Below, piece by piece: positions 21,302 through 30,727 of a stretch of DNA of 64,000 nucleotides. The translations under genes and the position numbers were made by a program. The notes beneath the pieces were generated by a model. The model was not told the origin of the DNA. It searched no databases and saw only the letters and a list, made by a program, of their open reading frames with translations. This stretch comes from a virus. The stretch lies in the IMG/VR virus record IMGVR_UViG_3300021378_001718, positions 7,047-71,046 of that record; one strand, 5' to 3'. Position 1 is the first letter of the stretch. Every line of letters begins with the position of its first letter.

Positions 21302-21852
21302 TACTTTCTACCGATGATCATGTAACGATTGTAACTTGAACTCCCATAATCAAAGTATTTTGTTTCTTCATAAAACAATTCACTCATTTGAAATCGTTCT
21401 TTTAATGCTTCTAGTGATGAGCAAGGATTGGTAATTAACCAAGGTTCTTCTTCTTTAGATACATCACTTGATTGTATACACACTAACGCATTGGGATCAA
21501 CGTTGGCATACCAGTCATCACTCATGTGTTCTACACTACAGTTAATTACTACAGTATGTCCTTGCAAATGATAGTTGTCTGCATTTGTACAAGTGTTTCT
21601 AATTTGTGAGTTTGTGCCTAGCATATAGCCTTGACATAATATATCAGCGCCTCTAATCGCCTCTGAGTCGATATCTATGCCTAAGATGTGTTGATACATG
21701 CTTTTATTACGAGTTAAAAGCATAAATCCTAACAGATTATACCAACAACCTACTATGGCAACTACAGCATTTTTTGGTATATACTGTTCAATAGTTTCAC
21801 AAAGCCATAGTTTGCTTTGTGTTTGACCATGAGAAAAAGATAATAGATCCAT
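21301..21852 (-). CDS. Class I SAM-dependent methyltransferase-like protein
   Basis: GQTQSKLWL, IVGCWY, GIDID, VINCSVEH, RYMIIG. Confidence 0.7.
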   Translation of the reverse strand: MDLLSFSHGQTQSKLWLCETIEQYIPKNAVVAIVGCWYNLLGFMLLTRNKSMYQHILGIDIDSEAIRGADILCQGYMLGTNSQIRNTCTNADNYHLQGHTVVINCSVEHMSDDWYANVDPNALVCIQSSDVSKEEEPWLITNPCSSLEALKERFQMSELFYEETKYFDYGSSSYNRYMIIGRK

Positions 21853-21879
21853 AATACTATTTAATGGGTAATAAAACCG

Positions 21880-21908
21880 TTGACAAAAAATAATGCGACT
21901 GCTATAAT
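21880..21908 (+). promoter_or_regulatory. Sigma70-type promoter for tRNA cluster
   Basis: TTGACA-N17-TATAAT. Confidence 0.75.
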
Positions 21909-21931
21909 ACTCACTAAATATATTGATAAAT

Positions 21932-22006
21932 GCTACCGTAACTCAGTGGTAGAGTAACTGATTTGTAATCAGTAGGTCGTCCGTTCAAATCGGACCGGTA
22001 GCTCCA
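21932..22006 (+). tRNA. tRNA-Thr(UGU)
   Basis: Cloverleaf; anticodon arm actga-tttgtaa-tcagt; GTTCAA T-loop; encoded CCA. Confidence 0.93.
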
Positions 22007-22011
22007 ATTTA

Positions 22012-22087
22012 GGGGCCGTAGTTCAGTTGGGAGAACGTCTGGTTTGCAACCAGAAGGTCGGCGGTTCGACCCCGCCCGGCTCCACCA
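22012..22087 (+). tRNA. tRNA-Ala(UGC)
   Basis: Cloverleaf; tctgg-tttgcaa-ccaga; G3:U70 pair; CCA. Confidence 0.95.
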
Positions 22088-22104
22088 AGTGCGAAAGAGA
22101 GTTT

Positions 22105-22311
22105 ATGAATCTTAGAGAAAAAATAGATAACAGAATGGATCAACTGCAATCTTGGATGGAGAGCAACTATCATTTAGAAAATGCCCAAGAAGTCTACGAC
22201 CATACTTTAACAATCAGTAAGTTTTGGTCAGTGATGTCAGAAGAAGACAGAGAATATGTACAGATGGCTCAGAATGCTTGTGAAGATAAGCAAGTTTGGG
22301 GAAAAGTTTGA
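22105..22311 (+). CDS. Hypothetical protein
   Basis: ATG at 22105 after tRNA-Ala; 68 aa. Confidence 0.65.
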   Translation: MNLREKIDNRMDQLQSWMESNYHLENAQEVYDHTLTISKFWSVMSEEDREYVQMAQNACEDKQVWGKV

Positions 22312-22325
22312 TGCAACACAATTTA

Positions 22326-22412
22326 GCCCGGGTGGTGGAATTGGTAGACACAAGGGACTTAAAATCCCTCGACAGTAATGTCATGCCGGTTCAAGTCCGG
22401 CTCCGGGTACCA
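22326..22412 (+). tRNA. tRNA-Leu(UAA)
   Basis: Long variable arm; aggga-cttaaaa-tccct; CCA. Confidence 0.95.
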
Positions 22413-22417
22413 ATCAC

Positions 22418-23131
22418 ATGTTAACAGAAAAAGTATTAGAAGTCAATCATTGGTCTGATCGTATTTTTAGTTTTAAAACAACTAGAAGTGAATCATTTAG
22501 ATTTAACTCTGGTGAGTTTGCTATGATCGGTCAAATGATTGCTGATAAAAAAATAATCAGAGCATATAGTGTTGTTAGTCCTCCTTGGGCTGATCACTTA
22601 GAGTTCTTAAGTATTAAGAACGTAGGTCTTTTAACTAATGAGTTAGCAAACATTAAAGAAGATGATGAACTTATACTTTTACCTAAATGTACTGGGACTT
22701 TGCGTAATACATTTCTAACTGAAGGAGGTAAAAGATTAGTTCTACTTGCAACAGGCACAGGACTTGCTCCTTTTATGTCAACTATAAGAGACATAGATTT
22801 AATAGAAGCCTATGAAGAAATTCATTTAGTTCATAGTGTGAGAGACAGAGATGATTTAGCATACTGGTATGAGTTGTTGTCTGTTTTTGAAAACGAGCCT
22901 GACTTGCATGAACTATTAAAAGACAAATTTGAATATACAGCCTTGGTAACAGGTCAAGGAGATCCACGTATAGATGCAAGATTTATACAAGCAGATGATC
23001 GTGTTATGGCATGTGGTAATTTACAATTTAACTATGATGTGGTCGAGTGGTGTAAAGAGTTAGGCATGACTGAAGGATCAAATAGAGAGCCTGGTCAGTT
23101 TGTTATTGAAAAAGCATTCGTGGATCAATAG
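22418..23131 (+). CDS. fpr: Ferredoxin--NADP+ reductase
   Basis: RAYS, LEFLSIK, ATGTGLAPF, MACG, C-terminal IEKAFVD. Confidence 0.92.
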   Translation: MLTEKVLEVNHWSDRIFSFKTTRSESFRFNSGEFAMIGQMIADKKIIRAYSVVSPPWADHLEFLSIKNVGLLTNELANIKEDDELILLPKCTGTLRNTFLTEGGKRLVLLATGTGLAPFMSTIRDIDLIEAYEEIHLVHSVRDRDDLAYWYELLSVFENEPDLHELLKDKFEYTALVTGQGDPRIDARFIQADDRVMACGNLQFNYDVVEWCKELGMTEGSNREPGQFVIEKAFVDQ

Positions 23132-23133
23132 CC

Positions 23134-23162
23134 AAAAAAAAGCAGACCGAAATCTGCTTTTT
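23134..23162. terminator. Bidirectional intrinsic terminator
   Basis: aaaaaaaagcaga-ccgaaa-tctgcttttt between convergent genes. Confidence 0.85.
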
Positions 23163-23174
23163 AATATTCTAAAT

Positions 23175-23396
23175 TTACTCTTTTGTAAATAAATGAATCA
23201 GTATTATTGCTACTAACAGTCCAACTAACCCTTGTTCACCAAGAGTGTTAACTATATTAAGCAATCCGCCGACAACATCGATACCCATTAGGTCACCGAA
23301 TAGAATGCCTGCTAAAACACCAAGACCTAATAGGCCCATAAAGATGCTTGTTAGTCCTTTGACTAGGTCATTGACTATTGCTATTACATTATTCAT
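23175..23396 (-). CDS. Small membrane protein
   Basis: 73 aa, two hydrophobic segments; SD gaggagga. Confidence 0.7.
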   Translation of the reverse strand: MNNVIAIVNDLVKGLTSIFMGLLGLGVLAGILFGDLMGIDVVGGLLNIVNTLGEQGLVGLLVAIILIHLFTKE

Positions 23397-23517
23397 ATTG
23401 AGTCCTCCTCAAATATTTGCATTATTGCATTTCCTCACTAATATTTAGTGGATTTTAGGGTGTTTATAAAGAAGTATTCTTTAATTGCTGTTAAATAACG
23501 GTTTTTTTGGGTAAATA

Positions 23518-24147
23518 TTAGACTTTTCGGATAACCCACATACGAGAATGAGCAGATGCTTCATTGTTTGGCATAACTACAAACGGATCAGAAATTAAAT
23601 CTAATTCAATAATATTGTCTTCTTCAAGTTGATCAATCTTATCTTTAAAGCCCATTGACTCAAAAATATTCTCACCTATCGAACAAACTAAAAGTCCGTT
23701 TGGTTTTAATATTCTAAAGAACTCATCTAAACATTCTGTACCTAGATGTCCTCTTGCTAAAAATCCTACACACAAAATTGCATCAACAGAATCTGTATCT
23801 ATATTAATTGGTTCTTTTAAATTTGTTTCAGTAAGAGATGTATAAATATTTTTCTTTTCTGCTTCTGCTAACATCTCCGGAGAGTAATCAAGACCATGTA
23901 AATTTGTGTAGCCTATATCAGCAAGAGTTTGTCCTGGCCATCCCGACCCGCACCCTGCATCTATAATCTTAGCATCTTTGGCAATCCCAACATTAGGAAA
24001 TATAGATTTAATATATGTGGGATATGCATATCCACCTTCTACCATTTCTTCATCATACACTTTTGACCAGCCTACATACAAATCTTTTAATTTAGTATTA
24101 TCGGTTTCATCATAAGTTACTTTTAGCCAATTAACGTGATCGTTCAT
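23518..24147 (-). CDS. Class I SAM-dependent methyltransferase
   Basis: IIDAGCGSG, GLDYSPEML, RILKPNG. Confidence 0.9.
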   Translation of the reverse strand: MNDHVNWLKVTYDETDNTKLKDLYVGWSKVYDEEMVEGGYAYPTYIKSIFPNVGIAKDAKIIDAGCGSGWPGQTLADIGYTNLHGLDYSPEMLAEAEKKNIYTSLTETNLKEPINIDTDSVDAILCVGFLARGHLGTECLDEFFRILKPNGLLVCSIGENIFESMGFKDKIDQLEEDNIIELDLISDPFVVMPNNEASAHSRMWVIRKV

Positions 24148-24287
24148 TTTTTCTCCTGAATTTATTTAATTATACATAAATAACGGTTTTTTACATATAA
24201 TACTATTTAGACCGTTAAAAACCTGCTAAATAATAACACGGGAATGCATTTTGCACCCCGTAGAGTGAAATCAATGGAGGAAACAAT

Positions 24288-24443
24288 ATGGATTTTCAAA
24301 CAATACTAGCAATTGCAATTATTGCAGGCGTTGTGTTCTTTGTGATGAAAAATCGCAAAGGCAAATCTACAGGTGGTTCAGGTCGTGCCAAATCAGGTGC
24401 GGGCGGTTCTATCTCTAAATACAAAAACGCAAAACGTAAGTAA
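24288..24443 (+). CDS. 51-aa single-pass membrane protein with basic Gly/Ser tail
   Basis: MDFQTILAIAIIAGVVFFVMKNRKGKSTGGSG...; SD ggagg. Confidence 0.7.
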   Translation: MDFQTILAIAIIAGVVFFVMKNRKGKSTGGSGRAKSGAGGSISKYKNAKRK

Positions 24444-24496
24444 GAACTAACCCATCTTATCAAATAATAACATTGCTAAATGCAAGGAGAGAAAAT

Positions 24497-25153
24497 ATGT
24501 TAGAAAGCATTAAGAGTCTTATATCGGCTCATTTCGATAACGTAATAAAATTAGTGATAGCACTATCATTAGTTTGTATTGCATCAAGTGTCAACGCCGC
24601 TCCCACAATGAGCGGAACAGTTGGCGTATCATCAGACTATATCTTCAGAGGTCAGTCACAACACGTAGGTAACCATCAACTATCAGCATCGTTAGATGCA
24701 GAGTGGGCGGGTATGTACGGAAGTGTATGGGTATCAGAAGTAGACTTCGGTGACGGCAAAGCCTCACATGAAATCGATACAGTTGTCGGTCTTAAGAAAG
24801 ACTGGGAACACATTGGTTTTAACGTAGCCTATATTGATTACGCATATAGAGGTGATGAATCTTTAGACCGCGAAGAAATATTATTGTCTGCATCTATCGC
24901 CGGTGTTACGATGTCACATTTTATGGGACAAGACGAAGCACCAGACTACACAGAATTTTCAACAGGTCTTTTAAAGATCGTTGATGTGGCGTATGGCGAC
25001 AGAGATGGAGTAGGCACACACTGGTCAATTTCAAAAGGATTTGATATGGCGAAAGGTCGTGTCTCTGTAGGTTGGACAGAATTTACTGCTGATGATTTTT
25101 CAGGACACTTGGATGAAGATAACTTATATGTAAGTTACCTGTACACATTCTAA
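24497..25153 (+). CDS. TorF-family (TIGR02001-like) outer-membrane beta-barrel/putative porin
   Basis: Signal peptide (..VNA|AP), SGTVGVSSDYIFRGQSQ signature, C-terminal YxF. Confidence 0.82.
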   Translation: MLESIKSLISAHFDNVIKLVIALSLVCIASSVNAAPTMSGTVGVSSDYIFRGQSQHVGNHQLSASLDAEWAGMYGSVWVSEVDFGDGKASHEIDTVVGLKKDWEHIGFNVAYIDYAYRGDESLDREEILLSASIAGVTMSHFMGQDEAPDYTEFSTGLLKIVDVAYGDRDGVGTHWSISKGFDMAKGRVSVGWTEFTADDFSGHLDEDNLYVSYLYTF

Positions 25154-25169
25154 GTTAGTTACGAACACC

Positions 25170-25201
25170 AGGCGCCTCTCATTTTGATTGGCGCCTTTTT
25201 T
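25170..25201 (+). terminator. Intrinsic terminator
   Basis: aggcgcc...ggcgcct plus T-run. Confidence 0.7.
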
Positions 25202-25308
25202 GTGGCTAAAAATAATGTTTTTAAATATGAGGCATAAATAGAGTCGAAACATTTATAACCTTACGTTATAAAGTTTTATAAGGGTCATGAATAAAGGGAA
25301 TAACACAC

Positions 25309-25401
25309 ATGCACAGAACACATAGAGTAAAAGAACAAATAGAATTGGTATGCCTCATTAGTATCTTCTGTTTTTCAATTCTCGCAATCAGCCCTATATA
25401 A
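25309..25401 (+). CDS. 30-aa membrane microprotein
   Basis: MHRTHRVKEQIELVCLISIFCFSILAISPI. Confidence 0.55.
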   Translation: MHRTHRVKEQIELVCLISIFCFSILAISPI

Positions 25402-25424
25402 TATTACACACAGAGAATATAAAA

Positions 25425-25568
25425 ATGGTCATTGACACAAAAGTTAGGTTTAGTTTTTACACAATGCTTATGATATCTTTACATACACTAGATAGTGGTG
25501 CAGGGATAATGGCAGCATTAAGAAATTATGAAGGTACATCACACTACAGACAGACAGGAGAATTATGA
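25425..25568 (+). CDS. 47-aa microprotein
   Basis: MVIDTKVRFSFYTMLMISLHTLDSGAGIMAALRNYEG...; ATGA overlap with next gene. Confidence 0.5.
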   Translation: MVIDTKVRFSFYTMLMISLHTLDSGAGIMAALRNYEGTSHYRQTGEL

Positions 25569-25696
25569 ATACTATCAAATTAGTAATCAATAAATCAGGC
25601 ATTTTTAAGAAAGTAGATCAGAAGTTAGAAGCATTATGTTATGCTATGCTTTGGGGATCGATGTTTTTATGTATGTCACAATTATTTTACATGTAA
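25565..25696 (+). CDS. 43-aa membrane microprotein
   Basis: MNTIKLVINKSG...EALCYAMLWGSMFLCMSQLFYM; SD aggag. Confidence 0.6.
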   Translation: MNTIKLVINKSGIFKKVDQKLEALCYAMLWGSMFLCMSQLFYM

Positions 25697-25702
25697 GATA
25701 AC

Positions 25703-25870
25703 ATGAGAGACGCAACACCAAAAGAACAACAAGCATGGTTTGAAGAAGACTTCTTTATGAAAGGAGACTTTGATGTAATGAAGTTGTTTGTAGTTGTCCC
25801 GGCAGTAATACAAATTATGTGTTTGGGTATGATGGGTTTGGTGATGTTATTTAACTCATATTTGTTTTAA
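25703..25870 (+). CDS. 55-aa membrane microprotein
   Basis: MRDATPKEQQAWFEEDFFMKGDF plus long hydrophobic helix; TAATG coupling to next gene. Confidence 0.6.
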   Translation: MRDATPKEQQAWFEEDFFMKGDFDVMKLFVVVPAVIQIMCLGMMGLVMLFNSYLF

Positions 25871-26031
25871 TGTTAAAAAATGCTTTAAAAGCCCTTATGG
25901 GTTTGGGTAAGCCGAGTGGACCAATTGAGTTGACTGCTACAAATATTTTGATTTTTGCATTCCTCCTTGCTTCACTATTTTTGGGAACAGTTTCAGTTCT
26001 TCTGCTCGGTACTTACTTTTTAAACAACTAG
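25870..26031 (+). CDS. 53-aa membrane microprotein (DUF2970-like, tentative)
   Basis: MLKNALKALMGLGK...ILIFAFLLASLFLGTVSVLLLG. Confidence 0.55.
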   Translation: MLKNALKALMGLGKPSGPIELTATNILIFAFLLASLFLGTVSVLLLGTYFLNN

Positions 26032-26547
26032 ACTATTAATTTCTACTTCATCAAACATTTTAATACAACGAGTATTAACTTCATTGTCCCTTGTTATCCA
26101 TTCAAAATTAAATGACTTTCCAGTTCGTTGAAATCCTGCTCCAGCATATGATAACCATGCTGTATTTTTGGGGAAACTCCAACAACCTATTGCGTTTTCA
26201 TGGTAAGCCTGTGAAACAGTTTTAAGTAATAATTTTTTTCCTATAGCCCTCTTTCTGTATTCTTCTTGTACAAATAAACCTCTTGATCTATATAATCGAT
26301 CCATTGTCATGTGCCCAGAGTTACAACCTACAAGTTTATCATTATCAAATGCTCCCCAAAACGTAGGAGTAAATTTTTGATTTTCTAAATCATAATGATC
26401 AATGAATTCAAACTTATATGTTTCTTCATTTTTAACTCGCATTAAAAAACAACTCATAGCACTTGTCGGTTCTAAAGACATATTAGGCATATACTTTGTC
26501 CACATAGTTAGTATATCATCGTATGTAATTTTTTTAATATGAATCAT
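26020..26547 (-). CDS. GNAT-family acetyltransferase
   Basis: RSRGLFVQEEYRKRAIGKKLL (motif A), Y..AGF. Confidence 0.8.
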   Translation of the reverse strand: MIHIKKITYDDILTMWTKYMPNMSLEPTSAMSCFLMRVKNEETYKFEFIDHYDLENQKFTPTFWGAFDNDKLVGCNSGHMTMDRLYRSRGLFVQEEYRKRAIGKKLLLKTVSQAYHENAIGCWSFPKNTAWLSYAGAGFQRTGKSFNFEWITRDNEVNTRCIKMFDEVEINSLVV

Positions 26548-27317
26548 ATAGGAAAATCTATTTTATACATTGCTTTATCCAGTGAGCCTGGTAAATACAA
26601 ATCGTCTTTATGAGCCCAACGCACAGTAAATGCTAGTCTAGGTTTTTTATCTGGACTCATGTTAGAATTAACTCCGTGAAATGCGGCATTCCCGTTAATA
26701 GATATTGCTTCATTTTGTTTGGGTCTATAAACGTAACCGCTCAGAAAGTATAACTCTCCACCATGCCCAGGAACATGATCGTGTAAGTAAAATGTAAGTG
26801 ATCTTGCTCTTGCATGTCTGGCTGAAGGAGTATTAAAAAACTGATCAGCCATATCTGCATGTGCATGAAGATAACTTTGATAGTCTAAGTAATTAAGGTG
26901 AAGTCTAAAAGGTATCCAATCTTTATTATGTGGGTTTTGATTCTTAAATGTATGAAGATGATGAAAGAATACAGGATGAATTGTTTTTCTTAAATGATGC
27001 CACGTCCAATCAACTATAGAATCAGACGATTGAAACCACCAATCTTTTTCAGAAGTTAAATCATAAACTACTTCTTGTTCTCTGTTGTTTTGTTTATGTG
27101 ATGCAAGATGAATTCGTTTATCATCATACGTAAATGAAGTTCTATGAGTTTGGTGTGTTAATCTATTAGGTCTATCTAAATGTGTTTTAACTGTTTCTTT
27201 TAATGTTTTATAGAAATGATCGTCATACACAGAGGAAAATTTATATGCATGTAAAGGTTGTGCGATGTCTGACCAATGCTTGTTGGGCTTGTCTTCTTTG
27301 TATTCTTCAACGATCAT
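26544..27317 (-). CDS. 2OG-Fe(II) oxygenase
   Basis: HAD (HxD), GGEL, FHGV, RLAF. Confidence 0.8.
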   Translation of the reverse strand: MIVEEYKEDKPNKHWSDIAQPLHAYKFSSVYDDHFYKTLKETVKTHLDRPNRLTHQTHRTSFTYDDKRIHLASHKQNNREQEVVYDLTSEKDWWFQSSDSIVDWTWHHLRKTIHPVFFHHLHTFKNQNPHNKDWIPFRLHLNYLDYQSYLHAHADMADQFFNTPSARHARARSLTFYLHDHVPGHGGELYFLSGYVYRPKQNEAISINGNAAFHGVNSNMSPDKKPRLAFTVRWAHKDDLYLPGSLDKAMYKIDFPI

Positions 27318-27346
27318 AAAGATATTTATGATCTAAATTTAGGTCA

Positions 27347-28054
27347 CTAACATTTACATCCTTTAATAAAACAAGTAGAATCAGAAGCATGTATTACTCC
27401 GCACATACATCTACTAAAATAAGGTTGTTGTTTTATATAAGAACACAATTCTATATCTTTTTTGAATTTGTTTTGCATCCAGTTTAAATTGTCATTACTA
27501 ATTGCACTTGGTCCTATACCGATGAAATTGTTGTTAGTCACATTTAGTGGTGTGTTAATTAGCAGTTCTTCTTCTAAATATGGCATCATTTGTAATACAC
27601 TATCTTTAAGGCTTGAAAAATCAAAGACTCTCATTATTTTATGTTCATGTTGTTTGAAGTTAGCAAGCCATGTCTCACTGATAGTATCAAAAAAATGATG
27701 ATTAGGATGACCGTGCTTTCTGTACTCTGTTATACAATTATCTATTGAAAGACTTCCTAACTCTTGTCCGTTATGATGTTGAAATACATGTCTTAATGCA
27801 CTTAAAAATCTTTCGATTGGATCTCTTAATATAAACACAACACTAGTGTCTATATTTTCTATTGTGTATGCGTGATTATTGGGCCCAGTTGCATGTACTA
27901 ACTCTCTGAACCAAGTGCCACCTGTCTTTGGGATATGTAAGAAATTTGAAGTACCTTCGCAACAAAAGATTTTCCAACTAAAAGTGCATAATCCCGATGC
28001 CTGTGTGGCATACACGTTAGGAGTTACTGACTTTGAACCACTGCCCCGGGTCAT
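27347..28054 (-). CDS. Sulfotransferase-family protein (start uncertain)
   Basis: FLHIPKTGGT (5'-PSB) and LRDPIERFLS (3'-PB); Cys-rich termini. Confidence 0.75.
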   Translation of the reverse strand: MTRGSGSKSVTPNVYATQASGLCTFSWKIFCCEGTSNFLHIPKTGGTWFRELVHATGPNNHAYTIENIDTSVVFILRDPIERFLSALRHVFQHHNGQELGSLSIDNCITEYRKHGHPNHHFFDTISETWLANFKQHEHKIMRVFDFSSLKDSVLQMMPYLEEELLINTPLNVTNNNFIGIGPSAISNDNLNWMQNKFKKDIELCSYIKQQPYFSRCMCGVIHASDSTCFIKGCKC

Positions 28055-28418
28055 CGAACTTCATAAAGTATTTGAAATCATACTTTGGCTTGTCTTTCCA
28101 ATCATAAGGATCATCGAATCTGTTTTCTAAGATGTAAGTCTTACCGTCTATAGCAACACCACATACTAAATGATCTTCACCTGTTTCAGTAACACAGTAT
28201 ATCACAGAGACATCTTTTCTGTCAATACCTTCTTTGATTAATAACTCTGCACATGTATTAGCAAAGCCATCACAATCATCTTTGAATTGTTCGCCGGCTA
28301 GAACTGCATCTGCATGACTAGTCCAATGTTCGGCTTGCATGTATTGCTTGTCATCATGTAGATATGTAAATTTACTTTCGACTAATGCATGAACTTTTTT
28401 TGCGATTTGATTACTCAT
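28017..28418 (-). CDS. Transglutaminase-like cysteine proteinase (BTLCP/LapG-like)
   Basis: F.Y..D...Y...EHW, DCDGFA, HLVC, ILEN. Confidence 0.75.
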   Translation of the reverse strand: MSNQIAKKVHALVESKFTYLHDDKQYMQAEHWTSHADAVLAGEQFKDDCDGFANTCAELLIKEGIDRKDVSVIYCVTETGEDHLVCGVAIDGKTYILENRFDDPYDWKDKPKYDFKYFMKFDDPGQWFKVSNS

Positions 28419-28620
28419 CTTCTACCTCTTCTTCTTTGCAAAGAATAGATTCAGGTTCTCGTTCACACATTTCTTTTTGTCCCTTAAGGACGATGTTGAC
28501 AGGTTCTCCTGTCATCTCTGTTGGACCTGTTTCTTCGACAACAGTAGTGGCGCAACTTACTAAAAAGCAAATTGCAAATAGACTGATTAGTCTTTGTATT
28601 CTTCTTTCCATAATGTCCAT
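28411..28620 (-). CDS. Small lipoprotein
   Basis: Lipobox LVSC after hydrophobic stretch. Confidence 0.65.
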   Translation of the reverse strand: MDIMERRIQRLISLFAICFLVSCATTVVEETGPTEMTGEPVNIVLKGQKEMCEREPESILCKEEEVEDE

Positions 28621-28787
28621 CCACCGTATACGATAGCGGCGTAAGCAACTATAGTTGCAATGCCTTTAAACATTAAAAAGCATACACCGGCTGTAATTAA
28701 AGCGGCTCCGTCCCAAGATGTTCTTTCTTTTAATCTTGCACTTACCCAACCTTTAACGAAACTGAAAATTGATTTAATTTTATCCAT
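28587..28787 (-). CDS. Small two-TM membrane protein
   Basis: RLKERTSWDGAALI...AAIVYGGWTLWK. Confidence 0.65.
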   Translation of the reverse strand: MDKIKSIFSFVKGWVSARLKERTSWDGAALITAGVCFLMFKGIATIVAYAAIVYGGWTLWKEEYKD

Positions 28788-28797
28788 AATATTTCCT

Positions 28798-30612
28798 TTA
28801 TTTAATATTTCTAGCCCAGTATGCAAAGAAACTGATACTATTAATATCTGTTAATGCTAGTGTTACGTCAGAACTTAAAGTACTGTTTTCATCAGTAGCG
28901 GCCCCGTCTCCCCATTCGTTAGTGTGGAAGTAAAAAATATTATTAGTTGACAATTTAACTTTGCTTGTTTCTCCATGACCAACAAACTCTACCATTTCTA
29001 ATTTAGTATCTTCGGGTAGTACAACTTCTTTAGCAGTCGTAATAGAAATAAGACCTGTCTCAGAATCAATAGACATATAAGGAGCATATTTTGCTTCTAT
29101 CGCAGGGTCTACAAATTTAAATGAGTAAGAAGGTTTATCTTCTGGATATAATTTAAGCCAAGTTGAAAAGTTTAAGTTTGAATTTATATCAACAACCATC
29201 GGACTATCGTCATCACCGTTATTAACTACGCCAAGATATGAAACCATTCCTGATTCTTTGTAATTAGCAAGTGGATCAGCAGTGAATACATATGCCAATC
29301 TATTTTGATTTTCAGTAAATGTAGTATCTTCAAATAACAATGCGTTTGGAGTCGCAGTTGTCATAATTGTTTCTTTCATTTCATTAGAACTTACCATACC
29401 TGATGTCATTGATCCAACTACACCACATATGCCAGCAACTAAAGGCGCCGCAAACGATGTACCTGATGTGATACCGTATTGTTCTGTTGATCCTGCAGTA
29501 TGTGCTACCATGATGCTTTCACCTGGAGCAAATAAATCTAATGACATACCTGCCGCTGTTGTTAAATCTTCATCTCCAGGAGAGATGTTGTTGAAACCTG
29601 CTGGGATATCATACTTATCACTAGCACCGACTGTTAAACAACCGTCTATGCCTGCTGGAGTAACTAACTCAACATCGATACCACTGTTACCAGCAGCCGC
29701 AATGACTGTTACACCTGCACTTATTAATGATTCAATTTTTGCATCTAAGAATGATGAACGTGCAACACCCCAAGATATGTTTAATATACGTGTTGTGTCT
29801 GGATCTGCAACACAATCTGCTTCTATTGCATCTAAACATTGACCTAATTCTAAGATTGATGCTTGTTTGCCTACACCTGGATCAATTAATTTACCGTCAT
29901 CGTCAATTTTATTACCTGCAATTTTTGCTACCTTAAGTTTGACATTATCTGAGATACCTAAGTTAGTACCTACTGCCATTGATGCAACTGAAGTTCCGTG
30001 ACCTAGTTGATCTCCGTCTTCCCATATGCCCGGTACAGTCCACCAATTTTCAATTTCTAAATCTGCACCTTGAAACTCTGGATGAGTTTTGTCAATGCCT
30101 GTATCCATAATATATAGTTCTGGTTTTCGCACATAAGTTGTATCATTCATTGTATATGATGATACTAGTGGACGATATGTTGATGCAACTCTAATACGTG
30201 CCCATTGACCATCTGCACTGAGAGGATCTGTACTAGAACTTGAATCTACATTCATTCCCCCAAGACTACTTGTTGCCAAGAACTCTACTGGAGAATCTGA
30301 AATATCTATGCCTTCAACTGCTTCACCTAATGCTAAGCCTTTTGTTGATTTAACTCTAAAGAAACCGTTGCCTAAATCTTCTTCTACACTTGATCCGTCA
30401 AGTGCATCAATAGTGGCTTTATCGCCTTTAACGATGAATTCATGTTCATCTTCATCTTTCTGCTCAAGGGAGCAAGAGGTATCTTTGATTGCATCTTCGG
30501 CTAGATGCCACTCTAAATCGAGTGAGTCCCCTTCAGGGGTTGACAGTTTCCACTTATCTGCGAATGCTTTTGCATTTGCTTCACTGTCAAATGTAACTTT
30601 TAATTTACTCAT
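28798..30612 (-). CDS. Subtilisin-like (S8) serine protease with N-terminal prodomain
   Basis: Triad motifs IMDTGID, GHGTSVAS, AAGNS, GTSFAAPLVAG. Confidence 0.92.
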   Translation of the reverse strand: MSKLKVTFDSEANAKAFADKWKLSTPEGDSLDLEWHLAEDAIKDTSCSLEQKDEDEHEFIVKGDKATIDALDGSSVEEDLGNGFFRVKSTKGLALGEAVEGIDISDSPVEFLATSSLGGMNVDSSSSTDPLSADGQWARIRVASTYRPLVSSYTMNDTTYVRKPELYIMDTGIDKTHPEFQGADLEIENWWTVPGIWEDGDQLGHGTSVASMAVGTNLGISDNVKLKVAKIAGNKIDDDGKLIDPGVGKQASILELGQCLDAIEADCVADPDTTRILNISWGVARSSFLDAKIESLISAGVTVIAAAGNSGIDVELVTPAGIDGCLTVGASDKYDIPAGFNNISPGDEDLTTAAGMSLDLFAPGESIMVAHTAGSTEQYGITSGTSFAAPLVAGICGVVGSMTSGMVSSNEMKETIMTTATPNALLFEDTTFTENQNRLAYVFTADPLANYKESGMVSYLGVVNNGDDDSPMVVDINSNLNFSTWLKLYPEDKPSYSFKFVDPAIEAKYAPYMSIDSETGLISITTAKEVVLPEDTKLEMVEFVGHGETSKVKLSTNNIFYFHTNEWGDGAATDENSTLSSDVTLALTDINSISFFAYWARNIK

Positions 30613-30727
30613 GTGTTTGGGCTCCAAAATTTGTGTGCATAACTATATTGTATTTATCACTAATAGAGAATACTGTAGGATAAGCACAGATATATTTCAC
30701 ATTACTATTTATCGATTAAATAATTGT

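Noticed and set aside
22027-22104. N-terminal extension of ORF 22027..22311
   Set aside because: Overlaps tRNA-Ala; real start is the ATG at 22105
23492-24192. Short repeat aaataacggtttttt flanking the methyltransferase gene (23492 and 24178) as a target-site duplication
   Set aside because: AT-rich 15-mer with no mobility gene; cannot be told apart from chance or promoter context
30308-30727. N-terminal extension of ORF 30308..31552 (likewise 33049, 37870, 53916, 60129, 60500 extensions)
   Set aside because: These overlap other genes, promoters or structured intergenic DNA; downstream ATGs have promoter, SD, coupling or domain-boundary support
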